Part shown: positions 33,960 through 51,890 of the stretch, piece after piece
Numbering within the stretch: position 1 is the first letter of the stretch
Layout of the letters: each line of letters begins with the position of its first letter
DNA from: the human T2T-CHM13v2.0 reference genome, Homo sapiens
Length of the DNA stretch: 64,000 bases
Assembly (NCBI RefSeq): GCF_009914755.1
Contig: NC_060939.1
Strand: one strand, 5' to 3'
The notes under the pieces: model-generated
The model's input: the letters and a program-made list of their open reading frames with translations, nothing else
Database searches by the model: none
What the model was told of the DNA's origin: nothing
Translations under genes and position numbers: made by a program

Positions 33960-34640
33960 TAATAAACTTATTTTAGAATAGTTTTAGATTTACAGAAAAG
34001 TTGTGAAAATTGTACAGAGAGTTCCCATATATATACACCCAGGCTTGCTCTGTTATAAATATCTTGCATTAGTATGGTACATGTGTTACAACCAATGAAC
34101 TAATTACAATTAGTTCATTAGTTCATTATATATTATTATTACCTAAAGTCCATATTTTATTCAGATTTCCTTAGTTTTGCCTATTGTCCCTTTTTCCGTT
34201 CCAGGATCCCATCCAGGACACCACAATACATTAACACATTAAGCTGTCATGTCTCCTGAGGCTCCTCTTGGCTGTGACAGTTTTCCTTGTTTTTGATGAC
34301 CTTGACAGTGTTAAGAAGTACTGGTTAGGTATTTTGTGGAATGTCCCTCAACTGGGATTTTTCTGATGTTCTCTGTCATGATTAGACTGGGATTATGGGT
34401 TTTTGGCGGGAGGACCACAGAGGTAAATTTCCATTCTCAGCACATCCTATCAGGGTAGATGCTATCAACATGAATGATCACTGTGGATGCTAACCTTGAT
34501 CACCTATCTGAGGTAGTGTTTGTCGGGTTTCTCCCCTGTAAAACCACTCCCTTTATCCCCACTCCCATACTGTGCTCTTTGGAAGAAGGCCACTGTACAC
34601 AGCCCACACTTAGGGTGTGGGGAGTTATACTCCACAGCTA
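33960..34640 (-). mobile_element. Old L1M 3' UTR fragment
   Basis: TAGTTTTAGATTTACAGAAAAGTTG; CCAGGATCCCATCCAGGACACCACA; TTTTGTGGAATGTCCCTCAA. Confidence 0.7.
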
Positions 34641-35209
34641 TTCACTGTGAAGACAAAAGGTACATGCTGCTTTTTCTTAGTGGGTTGTATGGGTTCCCTC
34701 TGCAGTTGCACACTCCCACTGGTTTTCTTCCTAGATGGCTCTATGTACACAGGTGGGGCATGCCAAGTGGCAGGCTTCACATGAGGGTGAGCAGGCAGGG
34801 AATGATTAAGCTGGGGGCTCTACCCAAATGGCAAAGGCTTTACTCTGCGGCTGCCAGCTCTGCTTTCGCATCCCTAGATCTCCGTAGTGAGCTCATTCAA
34901 TTCCTTTAGAAAATAATCTTGTCTCTTTTTTTTCCCCCTTAAAAATAAAATACCTGCTACTTTCCACTGGCAGACAGAAAGGCTAGGAAATTGTTCTAAA
35001 GGAAGAATTTAAATTACCTTTCAGATATTTGTAGCCCTTTTTACTCCTGCATCTTTGGTATATTTCCCAACCAGAGTCTTTCTAGGGTTCTGTCTTCCCA
35101 CCTCCTGCCACCTCCCATGTTATATTTTAGGCTACAGCCTCCTCCACTCTGTGCCATATTACATGTTTTGAAGAACAGCTAGAGTATGTCACTGCTTTAC
35201 TTGATGTCA

Positions 35210-35631
<422 letters not shown>

Positions 35632-36339
35632 ACCAACAAAGTCTTCAGCTCCTTATTCAGACTCATTTAGAATCTGGCTGTAACCAGCATCAAAACTTAT
35701 TTCCATCGGTTTCCTTTCAGATCCTTTGCTCCAAACAAACAGAAAGACATAGTTATCTGTAAGTGTCACAAGCTTTCTGGACTCTGTGCCTTTGAGCTTG
35801 CTGTTCCTGTCTCTGAATGCCTTGCTCCTCTCTCTCGGGTCTAAATTCTAGTCACACATTAAGGTCCATCTTAAATGCAATTCTCCTAGGAAGAAAAAAT
35901 CATTTCTACTTCTCCCAACACTTATCTATATTTGTATTATAGCTACTTGTGTGCACATTTTATTAGCAGCCCGAACACTGAGTTGAGAGTAGAACTCAAG
36001 CTGGTTTCTTTCATTATAGTATTACCCCAGAGCCTTGCATGTAATGGGAATTTAAAAAGTATCACCAATGTAAAGCAAATAGTTTTGAGGGCAAATCATA
36101 CCTATCAGGATCCTTTGAGGGAGGAAGTATGGTTTCTGATGAATATGCTCTTAGTGGCCTTTCAAGGAGGCTTGAAAAAGTTTTACACTTAAGGTTTTGC
36201 TTTGTTTTGTTTTTTAACAAAACATTGTAAACTGGGAGTGATGAGGTCTTTTGTTATAGCTATAAACCTGTGAGAAATGGGTAGAAATAAAGGGGTACAT
36301 TTTAAAACAGGTAATTGGGTTCCATGAATCAGTGTTGAA

Positions 36340-36620
<281 letters not shown>

Positions 36621-37341
36621 CATATTTGTAAATGATTTAGAGAAACAAAAGGATTTGTAGCATAAAACATCCAAGGCTACTTTTTTCATAAAATATCGAA
36701 TCTGGTTACACTGATTGCGCAGTTAATCGAATGATACCCTATAGGAGGAGAATATCCAAACTAAGATGGTGGAATAATGAGACCCTCACTACAGCTTTCA
36801 ATCCAGGAATGATTTTTCAGACTCATTGTCTATCATTGCAGATGGTGGAATATGGTATTTTGACCACCAAGACCAAGAAAATGGTGGACACCAATAAGGA
36901 AGGTACCAAACACAAAAACATCATTTATGAAAAACACTAGGGTCCAGGTCCTGTCTGTGTGAGATTTCTTTTGACTCACCTCTAGAACAAGATAATGAAT
37001 GTGAAATGGTTCAAAAAGGGCAAATTGATAATGCAATATAAAAACACCAGGGCAGATTCAAAAGATAAGGATTTTTCACTGAGACAGATTGAAAACATAT
37101 ACAGGTATGTTCTCAACTTTGTTAAAGGCATCACCCTTTTACAAACCATATTTTGGATGGTGCTAGCAGGGGGCACATGTTATGCTTGCGTGGCCCATGG
37201 GTTCTTATATATTTATTACAGAGACATGAACTTCCTCTCTGACCCTGTCTTCTGCCATGCTGTTCTGGCATAAGCCTTTGAGCCTGGGAAAGGGATATAC
37301 AACTAGTGGATGTCTCCATGGGTCTAAATAATGATTCGTAG

Positions 37342-37710
<369 letters not shown>

Positions 37711-38044
37711 GTAGAGGCTTTCATTATCACCATCCAAAGCAGGGAAAAGACAGCCTGTACAATGTCCCAAAAACATCATGGAAAAAAAGAGAAACCTAGA
37801 AGATTGTGTTGTTAAATTAAAAGCAGGTGGCTCAATGGTTTTTATTGTTCATATTAATATTTAATATTATAACTTTGAATCATTTTTACACATTGTAATA
37901 CAAAGAAAATAAGTAATTATGTTAATGTTATTAGGAACCAAGATTTTCAGTATAACAAATAAAAGAAGTAAACAGCAAAAATCCTGTAATGTAAATTTGA
38001 ATTGGAATTATTGATATAAGTGTTTTTTAAAAAACATATTTCTT

Positions 38045-38358
<314 letters not shown>

Positions 38359-39061
38359 ATATATATATATTTCTTAGTTCTGTCCACTGAAAGGCTCTGA
38401 AAGCAACAATACCCTGGCAGAAGTTAGCTTTCCTAATTCCAGGTCTTAGTTTCTAAATACTTTCTTACTGGTATTTGAAAAAAGCAGAGATTACTGTGGA
38501 AATGGCTGAATTCCATGACTGGAGTAGGAAAAGTACAAATTATGCCTGGAATACTAGTACCAGAAAGCAAAGAAGTGCTTAAAGACTAATGGGCATGTTA
38601 CAAAAAGACACAAGGAGGCCAGCTTCAAGGGGGTCTGCTGGCTGCAATATAGACATTTTGAGCACCAAAAATGACTGTGATGAATTATTAAAAAGTGAAT
38701 AAATACAAATCTATGAATTGGAGAGAGAGGAAGAGTATAAGCTTGAGGAAGAGCCCTCATTTAAATTATTTAGTGTGACTATTATATCAAATTATCTCTT
38801 TGAAAACTGTAATTAAAGGGAAATAATTAAGCATTTTTTTGCCTCTTTAGGAGAAACTTTTGTTCAATCCAGATGATGAGACAAAGCTTTTTTTTAAAAA
38901 AAATAGAGCAATGCTGGCTAATAAGTGTACAAAAAATGTGAAAATTAGAAAATCCTCAATTTCCAGTCCCCAGTGAAATAACCAACTTAGGTAAGGATCA
39001 TCAATAGATGCTAAAATAATTAGGTGAAAAGTCATTGGGGAAAGAATATTGCAAGAGGAAT

Positions 39062-39538
39062 GGAAAACTTGGAAGAAATGCATACATTCCTAGAAACATG
39101 AAACCTACCAAGACTGAATTATGAAGAGACAGAAAATCTGAACAGACCAATAACAAGTAAGGAGATTGAATCAGGAATCAAAAATCTCCTATCAAAGAAA
39201 AGCTCAAGGCCTGATGGCTTCATTGCTGAATTCTACTAAACATTTAAAGAACAACTAATACCAATACTTCTCAAACTCTTCTAAAACTTTGAAGAGGAGG
39301 GAATGCTTCCAAACTCATTTCACAAGGCCAGCATAACCCTGATACTAAAGCCAAACAAGGAAAACTATGGGCCAATATCCCTGATGAACATAGATGCAAA
39401 AATCCTCAGCAAAATATTAGCAAACTGAATTCGACAGCATCTTGAAAGGATCATTCACCAAGATCAAGTGAGATTTATCCCTGGGATGCATGCATGGATC
39501 TACATATGCAAATCAATAAGTGTGATACATCAACAGAA
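39062..39538 (+). mobile_element. L1 ORF2 fragment (Z-domain/RT start), disabled
   Basis: Translates as [36 protein letters not shown]; also [12 protein letters not shown]. Confidence 0.9.
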
Positions 39539-40419
39539 CCCAGGATGAGAAGCCCACAAATAACTTGTTAACTGCAAAGGGAAAGACAACCTGTACGATG
39601 GAGAAATCTCCTTAATCGAATGGTCAAATTTAGCATCACTAAGGGTGGGATGGCTCCTGAAGTGATGGAACATCAAGTTCCAGGCACAGAGTATGAGGCA
39701 TTCTTGACAAAAGGTTTAAACAGAATCAAATCAAAACCTTAGCCCTATCTTTCAGTTTATAAGAAGCACATGGTACAAAGGAGCAAGTAAAATAAGATCA
39801 TGAGAACATTACCAGACTAATCCAAAATGTGAGACATTCAACAAGATGTCTGACCTCTTCTGTCCAAAATAGCAAAGCATTAGGGAAAAAAAATGGTGGA
39901 AATTTCTAGATTAATAGAGTCTAGAGACATAAGAAGCAAATGCCTCAACCCAGACCATATTCTGGTTTGAGGGGAAAAAAGAAACAGCTGTAAAAGACAA
40001 TTGTGGCACAATTTGGGGAATCTTGAATGTGGAACTTGGCTATTAGCTTATCTTCAGGATTATATTAGGGAATGATAGTTAATTTTCTCAGTTGCAATAA
40101 TAGTGTTAGGGCTTTATAGGGAATGTCATTAGGAGTTACAAAATGAAGTATTTAAGGTATAATCTTGTGTAAAACATACCTCAAATGGTTCGGGGAAAAC
40201 ACATACATTGTATATCCATTCACCAAATATGGCAAAATGTTGTGTTAAATCTAGATGATGGGTATATGAATGCTCATAGTACTATTTTTTCATATTTTCT
40301 TTATGTTTGAAAATTTTTATGTTAAAAAGGTGAGAATAAAAGGAAAGGCATCTTTTTAATGAAGGAGATGTGGGGAGATGATCAATAACATTTTAGAGGC
40401 TGTAAAGACTTTTCTTTAT

Positions 40420-41090
40420 TGTTCATTTATTCTGTTCCCTTATATAAGCTAGGTATTAGGCTAGGTATGGAAATACAAAAAGGAATAAGATAAGGCAGCT
40501 GCCTTCAAGGATCTCACTGTCTAGGGAAGGGGAAACACAAATATCTCAACACCATTGAGTGAGTGTGATGATAGAGATACGCATTCAGTCAACAAACATG
40601 TCCTATGTGCTGGGTGCTGTGCTAGGTGCTGAAGATACAATGAACGAAGCAAGCATGGTCCTTGAATTCACCGAGCTCCTATTCCTGTGAGGGAGACACA
40701 ATGATAGAATCACAATTGTGGAAGGTGCTAGGCATAAAATGTACAGAGTACTACAGCAACAGAGAAGAAAGGAAACACAGCCAGCTCTGGGGTGGGGATT
40801 GGGGGTGGTGGAGAAGAGGCAGCGAAGTTTTAAAGGCTGACTAGAAATCAGTCAATCAGAGGACCTAGAGGTGGGGGTGCAGAGGCATGTAGACACAAAA
40901 TAGCCCCCTATGCTCAGGGAACTAGCTGGAATCACGGGAGCGTGAACTGTTGACAGCGTGAACTGTTGAGGCAATGGGCTGAGGAGATGATGTGAGTGGG
41001 TGTCACATCTTAATGAGCAGATTGAGGAATCTGGGTTTTCTCCTGTAGGCTCCAGGAGCTGAGAACATTCACATCGGGTGATGGCTGCTG
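40420..41090 (-). mobile_element. L2 3'-end fragments (sense to LARP6)
   Basis: CATTCAGTCAACAAACA...TATGTGCTGGGTGCTGTGCTAGGTGCTGAAGATACA matches the reverse complement of the L2 3' terminus. Confidence 0.75.
40603..40684 (-). CDS. LARP6: LARP6 alternative terminal exon (93-aa short isoform ending RNRSSVNSRTMLASFIVSSAPSTAPST)
   Basis: Acceptor CTCCCTCACAG|GAAT; phase matches exon 1; TAG at 40605-40603; downstream AATAAA at 40415-40420 and 40426-40431; matches my recollection of isoform 2. Confidence 0.85.
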
Positions 41091-42229
41091 CCATGCGAGC
41101 CTGGGTCCAAACAGGGGATAGTGTGGATCCTGTTCTTGGCTACATCTCCTCCTGCTCTGGGTGCCTGCCCACTGGGCTCTGTCAGCTCACCGAAGAACCC
41201 CAGGGATTTTCTGGGGTCAACTCTATGCCAGTGGGCAGCAGGAAGGGCTTCAGACTGAACACTTGCTGAGACTCAAGCCACGGGAGCTGGGCAGTTCTGG
41301 AGGAAGAGCAAGAGGGGTTCAGGCAAGAGGCCTACCCATACTGAGGCTTGGTTTCTCCTAGACCTCCATAGGGGATCTTTCCAGGCCTTAAACATAAGTA
41401 GAGCTTTAATCCTGGCTAATGATACAATCTCACAAATTTAGCCCTCAGGATAGGGATGGCTATTTGCCACTGCCACAGGAAAATAAAGTTATAAGGATAA
41501 ACCACTTGGGGCTATTTTACATACTCTGATATTGTCTGACTAGGGGACTGCCTTCTCGAGACTGTGAGCTGTCAGTGACTAAGGGTTCATCATTTTTATG
41601 CTCTCGGTACTTAGCACAGAGCTAAACGAATCAGGCCTTGCATTATAAAGCACTGATCTATCTACTTTGTCATACACTATGGTCCAGCTTTCCTGCCCTA
41701 CCCTGGTGGGCTGACTTTTCTCCCCTAACAACTGTCTCTACTGGTCTGCCCCGAATCTCTGGGTCCAGAAGTCTGACCCTTTAACCTGGGGAAGGGTGAG
41801 CCAGTAATAGAGAATGGCTCTGGGCCCAGTATTCTTCCACCCTTGAGTTGAGTATTCTCCCAGTGAAGTAGATATACGCTTGCCAGGACAATCCTGCAGA
41901 ACCTTAACAGCTAAACGCCTGGGACAGGGTCCTAGAAGAAAGAGAGCTCCTAATAAGTGCCTGTTGGCATCCACCAGAATGTGCAAGTTCTGTCATTTCC
42001 CCACTCTCATGTCTATGTCTATGTTTTATCTCCTTTCAACAGCAGGAACAAAACACCAGTCCTTAAGGGCCTGGGCATTAGTGGACAGGAGCCAAGGTGC
42101 CTGAGGACAAAGCTCGGGACCCGGGACAAGGTTAAACAAGTGCCATAGCAGCTCCAAACTACCCAAAACCCAGGAACACCCCCCCCCCGCCCCCCGCAAG
42201 GCAGCAAGATGATGCAAACATAAAGGTCT

Positions 42230-42433
42230 GGTGGGAAAGGCTGTGTGAAAATGGGAATCCCCCAGGGCGGAGGAAGTAAAGCAGCAAGTCCTCTATCCGT
42301 CTCAAATTACCTTGAAATCCCACCTCCTGGAATCCCCCATCAGCAAGTGTCCGCTGTACCTGGCCTGCTACCACCTAAAGACTGAGCGCAGCCAGCAGGA
42401 CTGGGAAAGGCAGGGCGATGATGGCAGTGAAGG
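42230..42433 (+). other. LRRC49: Probable first exon of a plus-strand transcript overlapping LARP6 (likely 5'-extended LRRC49 variant); start approximate
   Basis: Donor AGG|GTAAGC at 42433/42434 on the CpG-island flank; gene identity from recalled locus order, not from sequence. Confidence 0.5.
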
Positions 42434-42852
42434 GTAAGCGGGACCACTCGCAAGGGGAGGGGAAGGCGGGTAGGGATGGACTTTGCGGCGATGGGGAGGT
42501 GGTGTCTTGAGGGAGCCCACAGAGAAGAGGCCTCCTCCAGAGGAGGGGGTGGCTTGGATGGCCCGTGAAAGTCCTCCTCCTGGATCCCTGAACATCCCCA
42601 CGTCCAGGCCCCTCAGATCCCGGCCGCCAGCCCTGGGAGCCTCGGTTGGGCGACGAAGCTGCGGGCTGGGGCACCGGCTGCCTCCACGGGCCGGTTCTGA
42701 CTCAGGGGCTCGGCCCGGAGCTGCTTCCCCGGCGGCGGGGCTGACTCAACCCCCTCTGCCCGAGGAGTTGTCGCGCGCAGTCAGCGCCCCGAACTCGCGC
42801 GCGGCCCGGCGCCCCCTCGGGGCCCACCTCCCGGGCCAGCCGCCGCGCCTAC

Positions 42853-43052
42853 CTGTGCCCGCGGCTCGGCTCCTCCTCGCTCGCGCTGCCCCAGCCGGGG
42901 CTGAGGTACCGGGCCGGGTCCCCGGCGCCCCGAGTCTCCGCCCCCTCCTCCTCGTCCTCCAACTCGTCCACGTCCTCGGCCTCCTGGATGGCGACGCGGA
43001 TCTGCACCGCCGTCTTGGGCCCGGGCCGAGCCTCCCCGCCGGACTGGGCCAT
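42853..43052 (-). CDS. LARP6: LARP6 coding exon 1 (MAQSGGEARPGPK...SRGH)
   Basis: Kozak GAGCCATGG; donor CAG|GTAGGC; 200 nt. Confidence 0.97.
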
Positions 43053-43201
43053 GGCTCGCGGGACTGCGGCGCCGCCGGGGTCCTCACGCCGCAAGGCCCA
43101 GCCAGCCGGTCGGCAGCGACTGCGACGAGGGGGCGGGGGCGGTGCGAGCGCGCCTGCCGCTCGGCCCAGGGGAGGGACAGGGGTCGCGGCGCCCCGCCCC
43201 G

Positions 43202-43202
<1 letters not shown>

Positions 43203-43235
<33 letters not shown>
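43203..43235. repeat. (GCC)9(ACC)2 trinucleotide repeat
   Basis: Direct count. Confidence 0.95.
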
Positions 43236-43646
43236 CCGACCGCTAGTGGAGCGCCCGCGCAGGCGGGGCCTCGGAGGTGGAGGGCGGCTTTCCGGAGCTC
43301 CTCCGACGGAGGCCCGTCCCGGAAGGATCCCCGCGACCCCCGATCACTCCCTCCGTCTTTTCGCCGCTGTGGGGCCCCAGCCCGAGAGGAGGTGTCAGGG
43401 CTCCCTCCTCCTGCGCCTTCTTTCACGGCGCCGCAGGGATGGGCGCAGCACAGCTGACTTCTGTTTGTGCTTGACTCCGGGGGTGGCAGCCAGAGACCAC
43501 AGCTCCAGGGGCTTCCAGGCCTCCTGCGTGTCTCCCCCACTGGCCTGCCAAGATCAGAAAATTTCCATCGTTAGTCTCCTTGACATAATAACCACCCTAG
43601 ACCGCGTCTTAGGAGGTCAGGGGCTTGGCTCCTGCCTTGCCCTGTA

Positions 43647-43830
43647 TCAGTTTTTCTCCAAGTGTGGTTCCCAGACCAGGAGCATCAGCTGCACCGGGGA
43701 ACTTGTTAGAAATTGAATTCTCAGGGCTCATCCAGACCTCCTGAATCAGAATCTATGATTCAGAACTTTGTGTTTTAACAAGGCCTCTAGGTGATGCTGA
43801 AGTTCACAAAAGTTCGAAAGCCGATGGCCT
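43647..43830. mobile_element. MER5A
   Basis: CAAGTGTGGTTCCCAGACCAGGAGCATCAGC...GAACTTGTTAGAAAT. Confidence 0.78.
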
Positions 43831-44014
43831 ATAGAGTATGCCCTGCACATAGTATGCACTCAGATGTTTGTTGAATGAATAAAGGGAGCTATTGAAATGT
43901 CAGGATGTTCTAAAACACTGCCACCTTTTCACGTGTAACTTCAAATTGAGTTCCATCTCACCTCTCCAAATGTGACCCAGAAACTAGGGACAGGAGCATA
44001 GAAATGAATAAGAC

Positions 44015-44375
<361 letters not shown>

Positions 44376-46180
44376 TCATGTAGCACTTTATTTAGAGCCT
44401 TAAACATAATTTATCATATTAATTTGCCACACTGGGACCCCAAAACAACAGAACCCTGGACCAATACATTTGTTTTGATATAGAAAGACAAGTTAGGATA
44501 GGCTTAGGAAATGAGGTCTCCTGGAGGGCAGTGTCCTTGTAAAAGAACACCATGTATAGGGTCCTGGGTGTCTGGGCAGGGCTGGGGAGAGACCCAGGGG
44601 CCCAGCGAGGACAGCCCCTCTTCTTAAGGACACTAGAATCTGTGTCCCTTTCTTTGTCGGACCTCTGTTTTGATAGAAGAGGTCCTAAAATAAGTAAGTA
44701 AAGGAAGAGAGAGAGACCTTTGGTGCTATTGCTGTTTCTGCACCAGAACAGCTCACAGCCCTGGATCTGAGCTACTGGGAAAGGAAGAGGCAAGAGGCTG
44801 ACAGTGTCTTTTTCCAGCCAGCTGTGCCTCCCTCCAGGGCTATAGATCCTCTGCAAACACCTGTGATGAGGCTCAGAAGGAAAGAGCTGCAGCAGCCACC
44901 ATGCCTTCCAGTTTGATAATTTCGGTTCCTGAATTTCACAAAGTGATACCCATTATCTATCTCATTTAAGCCATCTCGTGTGGCAAAGACATCAGGGGTT
45001 GTTATCCTTACCCACAATGATGGCTCACATTCGTCTCAGGTTTTATAGTTTATGAACAATTCATACATGTCTTTTCAGGGTTTCCAAATGCCTGATCATA
45101 AGAGTCCCCTGGGGACTTTTCTTAAAATATAGATTCTGAAAATACAGTTTGAAAACTGACAGTTGGTGGGTGAATCTGGGCTGTAGAAGCGTTTTACTTG
45201 GTGAGAGTTTTGAAAAAAAGAAATTGAATTTATATGTCCTTACATTCAAACATATCTGCCTATGTTGTTTCTGTTATTACTTATTTCTGACTCCTCATAA
45301 AGGAATTTTGGATCTAGAAAGAATGTCAGACATCATCCAGCTCGGAGCTGCTCCTGGTAGGGAATGGGTAGTCTGGCAGAGTACCCAAGAATGGGTACTC
45401 TTAGGGGTACCCATTAAGTCATAGCATAAATATGGGGCATCTTTCTGGGGTATCAATTTTACTTAGCTATTTGAGAGAACAGCCACAATGTATATATTAA
45501 AACAACTTGGAATATCTGTGAAATCAAATGCAAAACTTGCACGGAATGTTTAAGGCAACTCACATAAGTTTCTCATTTATAGTAGTTGGCTTAGAATAAT
45601 GCCTAGAGGAGCGGAGGACAGAAACCCTCATTTGCACTAGGGGTATTTCATGGGAGAAGTCCAACTCGATCACGTTTGCAATGAGGAGAGTGAGTCCCAG
45701 TGAGGCTTAGAGGGAAGGGCCTCTTCTTCCACTTTGTTGCACCCGATTTTGTCTAGCAGGGAGCCTTCATCTAGGAACACTTGCTGATTTGCTTTGATTA
45801 GTCCTACCCACATACCCATCATTTGTGTCACTGGTGAAGAAACCAGGGCTTTTAAAGGGCTCCTTTCGATTTCCAGCTTATTCCTCCCCAGAGCCGTGGC
45901 AGGGGAAGGGAGGCCAGTCCCACCCAGGCCTGTCTTGAACATCATTGCAGGGAGTTTGCATCACCACTGAGATGATTAGCAAAGCCTCTTTAAACAAAAT
46001 CATGACCTCAGCCTGGAGTTGGCATCTTTCCCTTCCCTGGAATCTTGACAGCTCATTTTCATAGTAAACTCACAAGGGGAAACAGCTTTTTCCATAGCTC
46101 CTGAGGATGAAACAAAAGGAAGCACATTGACAAGCCATCAGGATGGACTGAGATTAGGTTGAAGGAAAAACTCAACCCTA

Positions 46181-46485
<305 letters not shown>

Positions 46486-47282
46486 TTAACTGTAGGTTCA
46501 GAGGGCATTTTTATCTACTCATTTAATCATTTGTTTAAGCATGTCCCAAATACCAGGACCTGTGCTATACTCAATTTTGTAAAATGCCTGAGACATGATC
46601 CATGAATACCAAGAGATGGAGGGAGCCTAGGAAAGACAGCCTTCAATAATAAGACTGTGTCTATGCACTAAATGCTGTAACAGAAATCCATATAGGGAGG
46701 CACAGCCAGTGAAAACATCCCCAAGGATGCTTTGAAGCTGACTAGAAAAGCTCACACATAAGCAGCAGGGTATAATGGAAACACGCTCACTTTATTATCA
46801 AATAGATCTGAATTCAGACTCCAGCCTTGCTGCTGCTTAGCTTCATAACCTCTCTGCTGTTCAGTTTTCTTACCTGTAAAATGTTCTGAATGATCCTCAC
46901 TTAATTGAGTTGGGCTCACAGATAAAACTAGGTTGTTTGTGAAAAATGTCTAGCACAGACCTGGCCCAGATTAGACACTCAGTGTATGCTAGTAGATTAT
47001 GATGCAGCGTTCCAAGAACCTTCATACCAAGAAAACCTTAGCCTGAATGGGAAACACAAACATTCCAGTTGCTGAGTATGTATATTGCTCCATTGTAAAT
47101 TAATAAATCAGTTTTTTTCTAGATGCCATACTCTTAAAAGTTGAATCTGGTCTGCAGAAGTGTTTTGCTTCAGAGCCAACCTAATCCTGAATACACTGAC
47201 AAAATCGAGGACTTCCCTGGCCAGAAACCAGCATCTTTCTATAGTTTCTTTTTTTCTTTTTCTTTTTTGAGACAGGGTCTCA

Positions 47283-49395
<2,113 letters not shown>

Positions 49396-49396
49396 G

Positions 49397-49652
<256 letters not shown>

Positions 49653-50324
49653 TATAGTTTATTTCTAACTTCAATATGAATTAAGATAGTTATCCATAGG
49701 TGTGAGATTTTTATGAGTATTGTCCATTAATATTTATTCTTTCTTGTCTAACAATATCAATCCCCAGTTTTAGATGGCTATATGGCCACCTAATTAGTGA
49801 TTACATTTCCCAGCCTGCCTTGCATATTGGTATAATCATGTAACTAAATTCTGGCCAATAGGATGTGAACAGAAAGGTTTTCTGGCCCTTCTGGGTTGTG
49901 TGTCTCTGGCTTTTTCCTCTACCCATTGGCTAAAGTGGCCTTGTCGAACCCAAGGATGGAAGTCACATGTTGAGGAGAGTTGAACCAGCAAACACGCTCT
50001 GGATTTGTTTGCTGGGCTGTAATGTGGATCATTATTTTAGAAAGAAAGAATCTCACACTTTGTCTAATAGACTGTATTTTGATATATTTTTGTCACAGAC
50101 TTAACCTATATCCTACTTAATGTCTAAAGTATTAGATATTAATGCCTAATATTAATAGAAGATTGAATTATATAACACATGGAAGTACCTAGTTCAGGGC
50201 CTAGGATATAGTAGCTACTCAATAAATTGGTGTTGAATTTGAATGTAACAACTTAAACATTTATTGCATGGCAAAAGCAGGCAAATTATGTGGTACAAAT
50301 GATGCAGGAGTCCAAAAGGAATAG

Positions 50325-50679
<355 letters not shown>

Positions 50680-51035
50680 GGGAACCAGATTCTTTATTCC
50701 TTCTTCTTCTCTCCCTTCAGAAGAATAGCATTATCAGCATTATGAATGGAAGTCGGGTCATTGCTGCAGGTGGTAAAAAGAGTAGGGTTTTCTAAAAGGC
50801 CCTCAGTACTGTCTCCCACTCCCCTAAGTTTGAGGTGCTCCCCACAAAGCAACAACATCCCCAGTTTGGGTCCCACCATTTAAAGATAACGTCTTGCTCT
50901 CATAATATTAATTTCTTTGTGGCATATTATCAAATTGTTTTGACACATACTTTGGAAAGTATATTCAAGCTTTACCTGCCATTTATGTCTTGTGGAGGAC
51001 TGGTTTATCAAACTGATGAGGAATGTCACAAGTTA

Positions 51036-51248
<213 letters not shown>

Positions 51249-51573
51249 CTAGATCTAGGCGAGTGATCAGTAACAGCAGGTATGAAAGTGATTGGTAGAA
51301 ATTCTAAGAAACACAGGCACAGGTACTCATTTTTTTCTTGAGGGAAAACCTAAAGAATTTACACAAAGCTGGACCACACATAGCAAGAGAGCCAGCTGCC
51401 TACTCCGGCCTGAAGGGCGAGCCCACCCTGGTCCTCCATTCCCCAGGAAGACACACAGCAGTCAATGCTTCTCCCTGATCAGGGTGAGGGCTTCATTAGG
51501 TCAGAAATTCTCAACTTAAGTTGCATGTTAGAATCTTAGAATCACCTGGGGGGCTTTTAAAAATTCTGAGGCT

Positions 51574-51890
<317 letters not shown>

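Larger units (their letters stand above)
42600..43460. promoter_or_regulatory. CpG island / LARP6 promoter with GC boxes
   Basis: Very high GC and CpG density; GGGGCGGGG at ~43130 and CCCCGCCCC at 43192-43200. Confidence 0.92.

Noticed and set aside
42483-43716. Overlapping 242-324 aa ORFs on both strands
   Set aside because: Stop-poor CpG-island sequence giving Pro/Ala/Arg/Gly-rich translations; only 43052-42853 is supported as coding.
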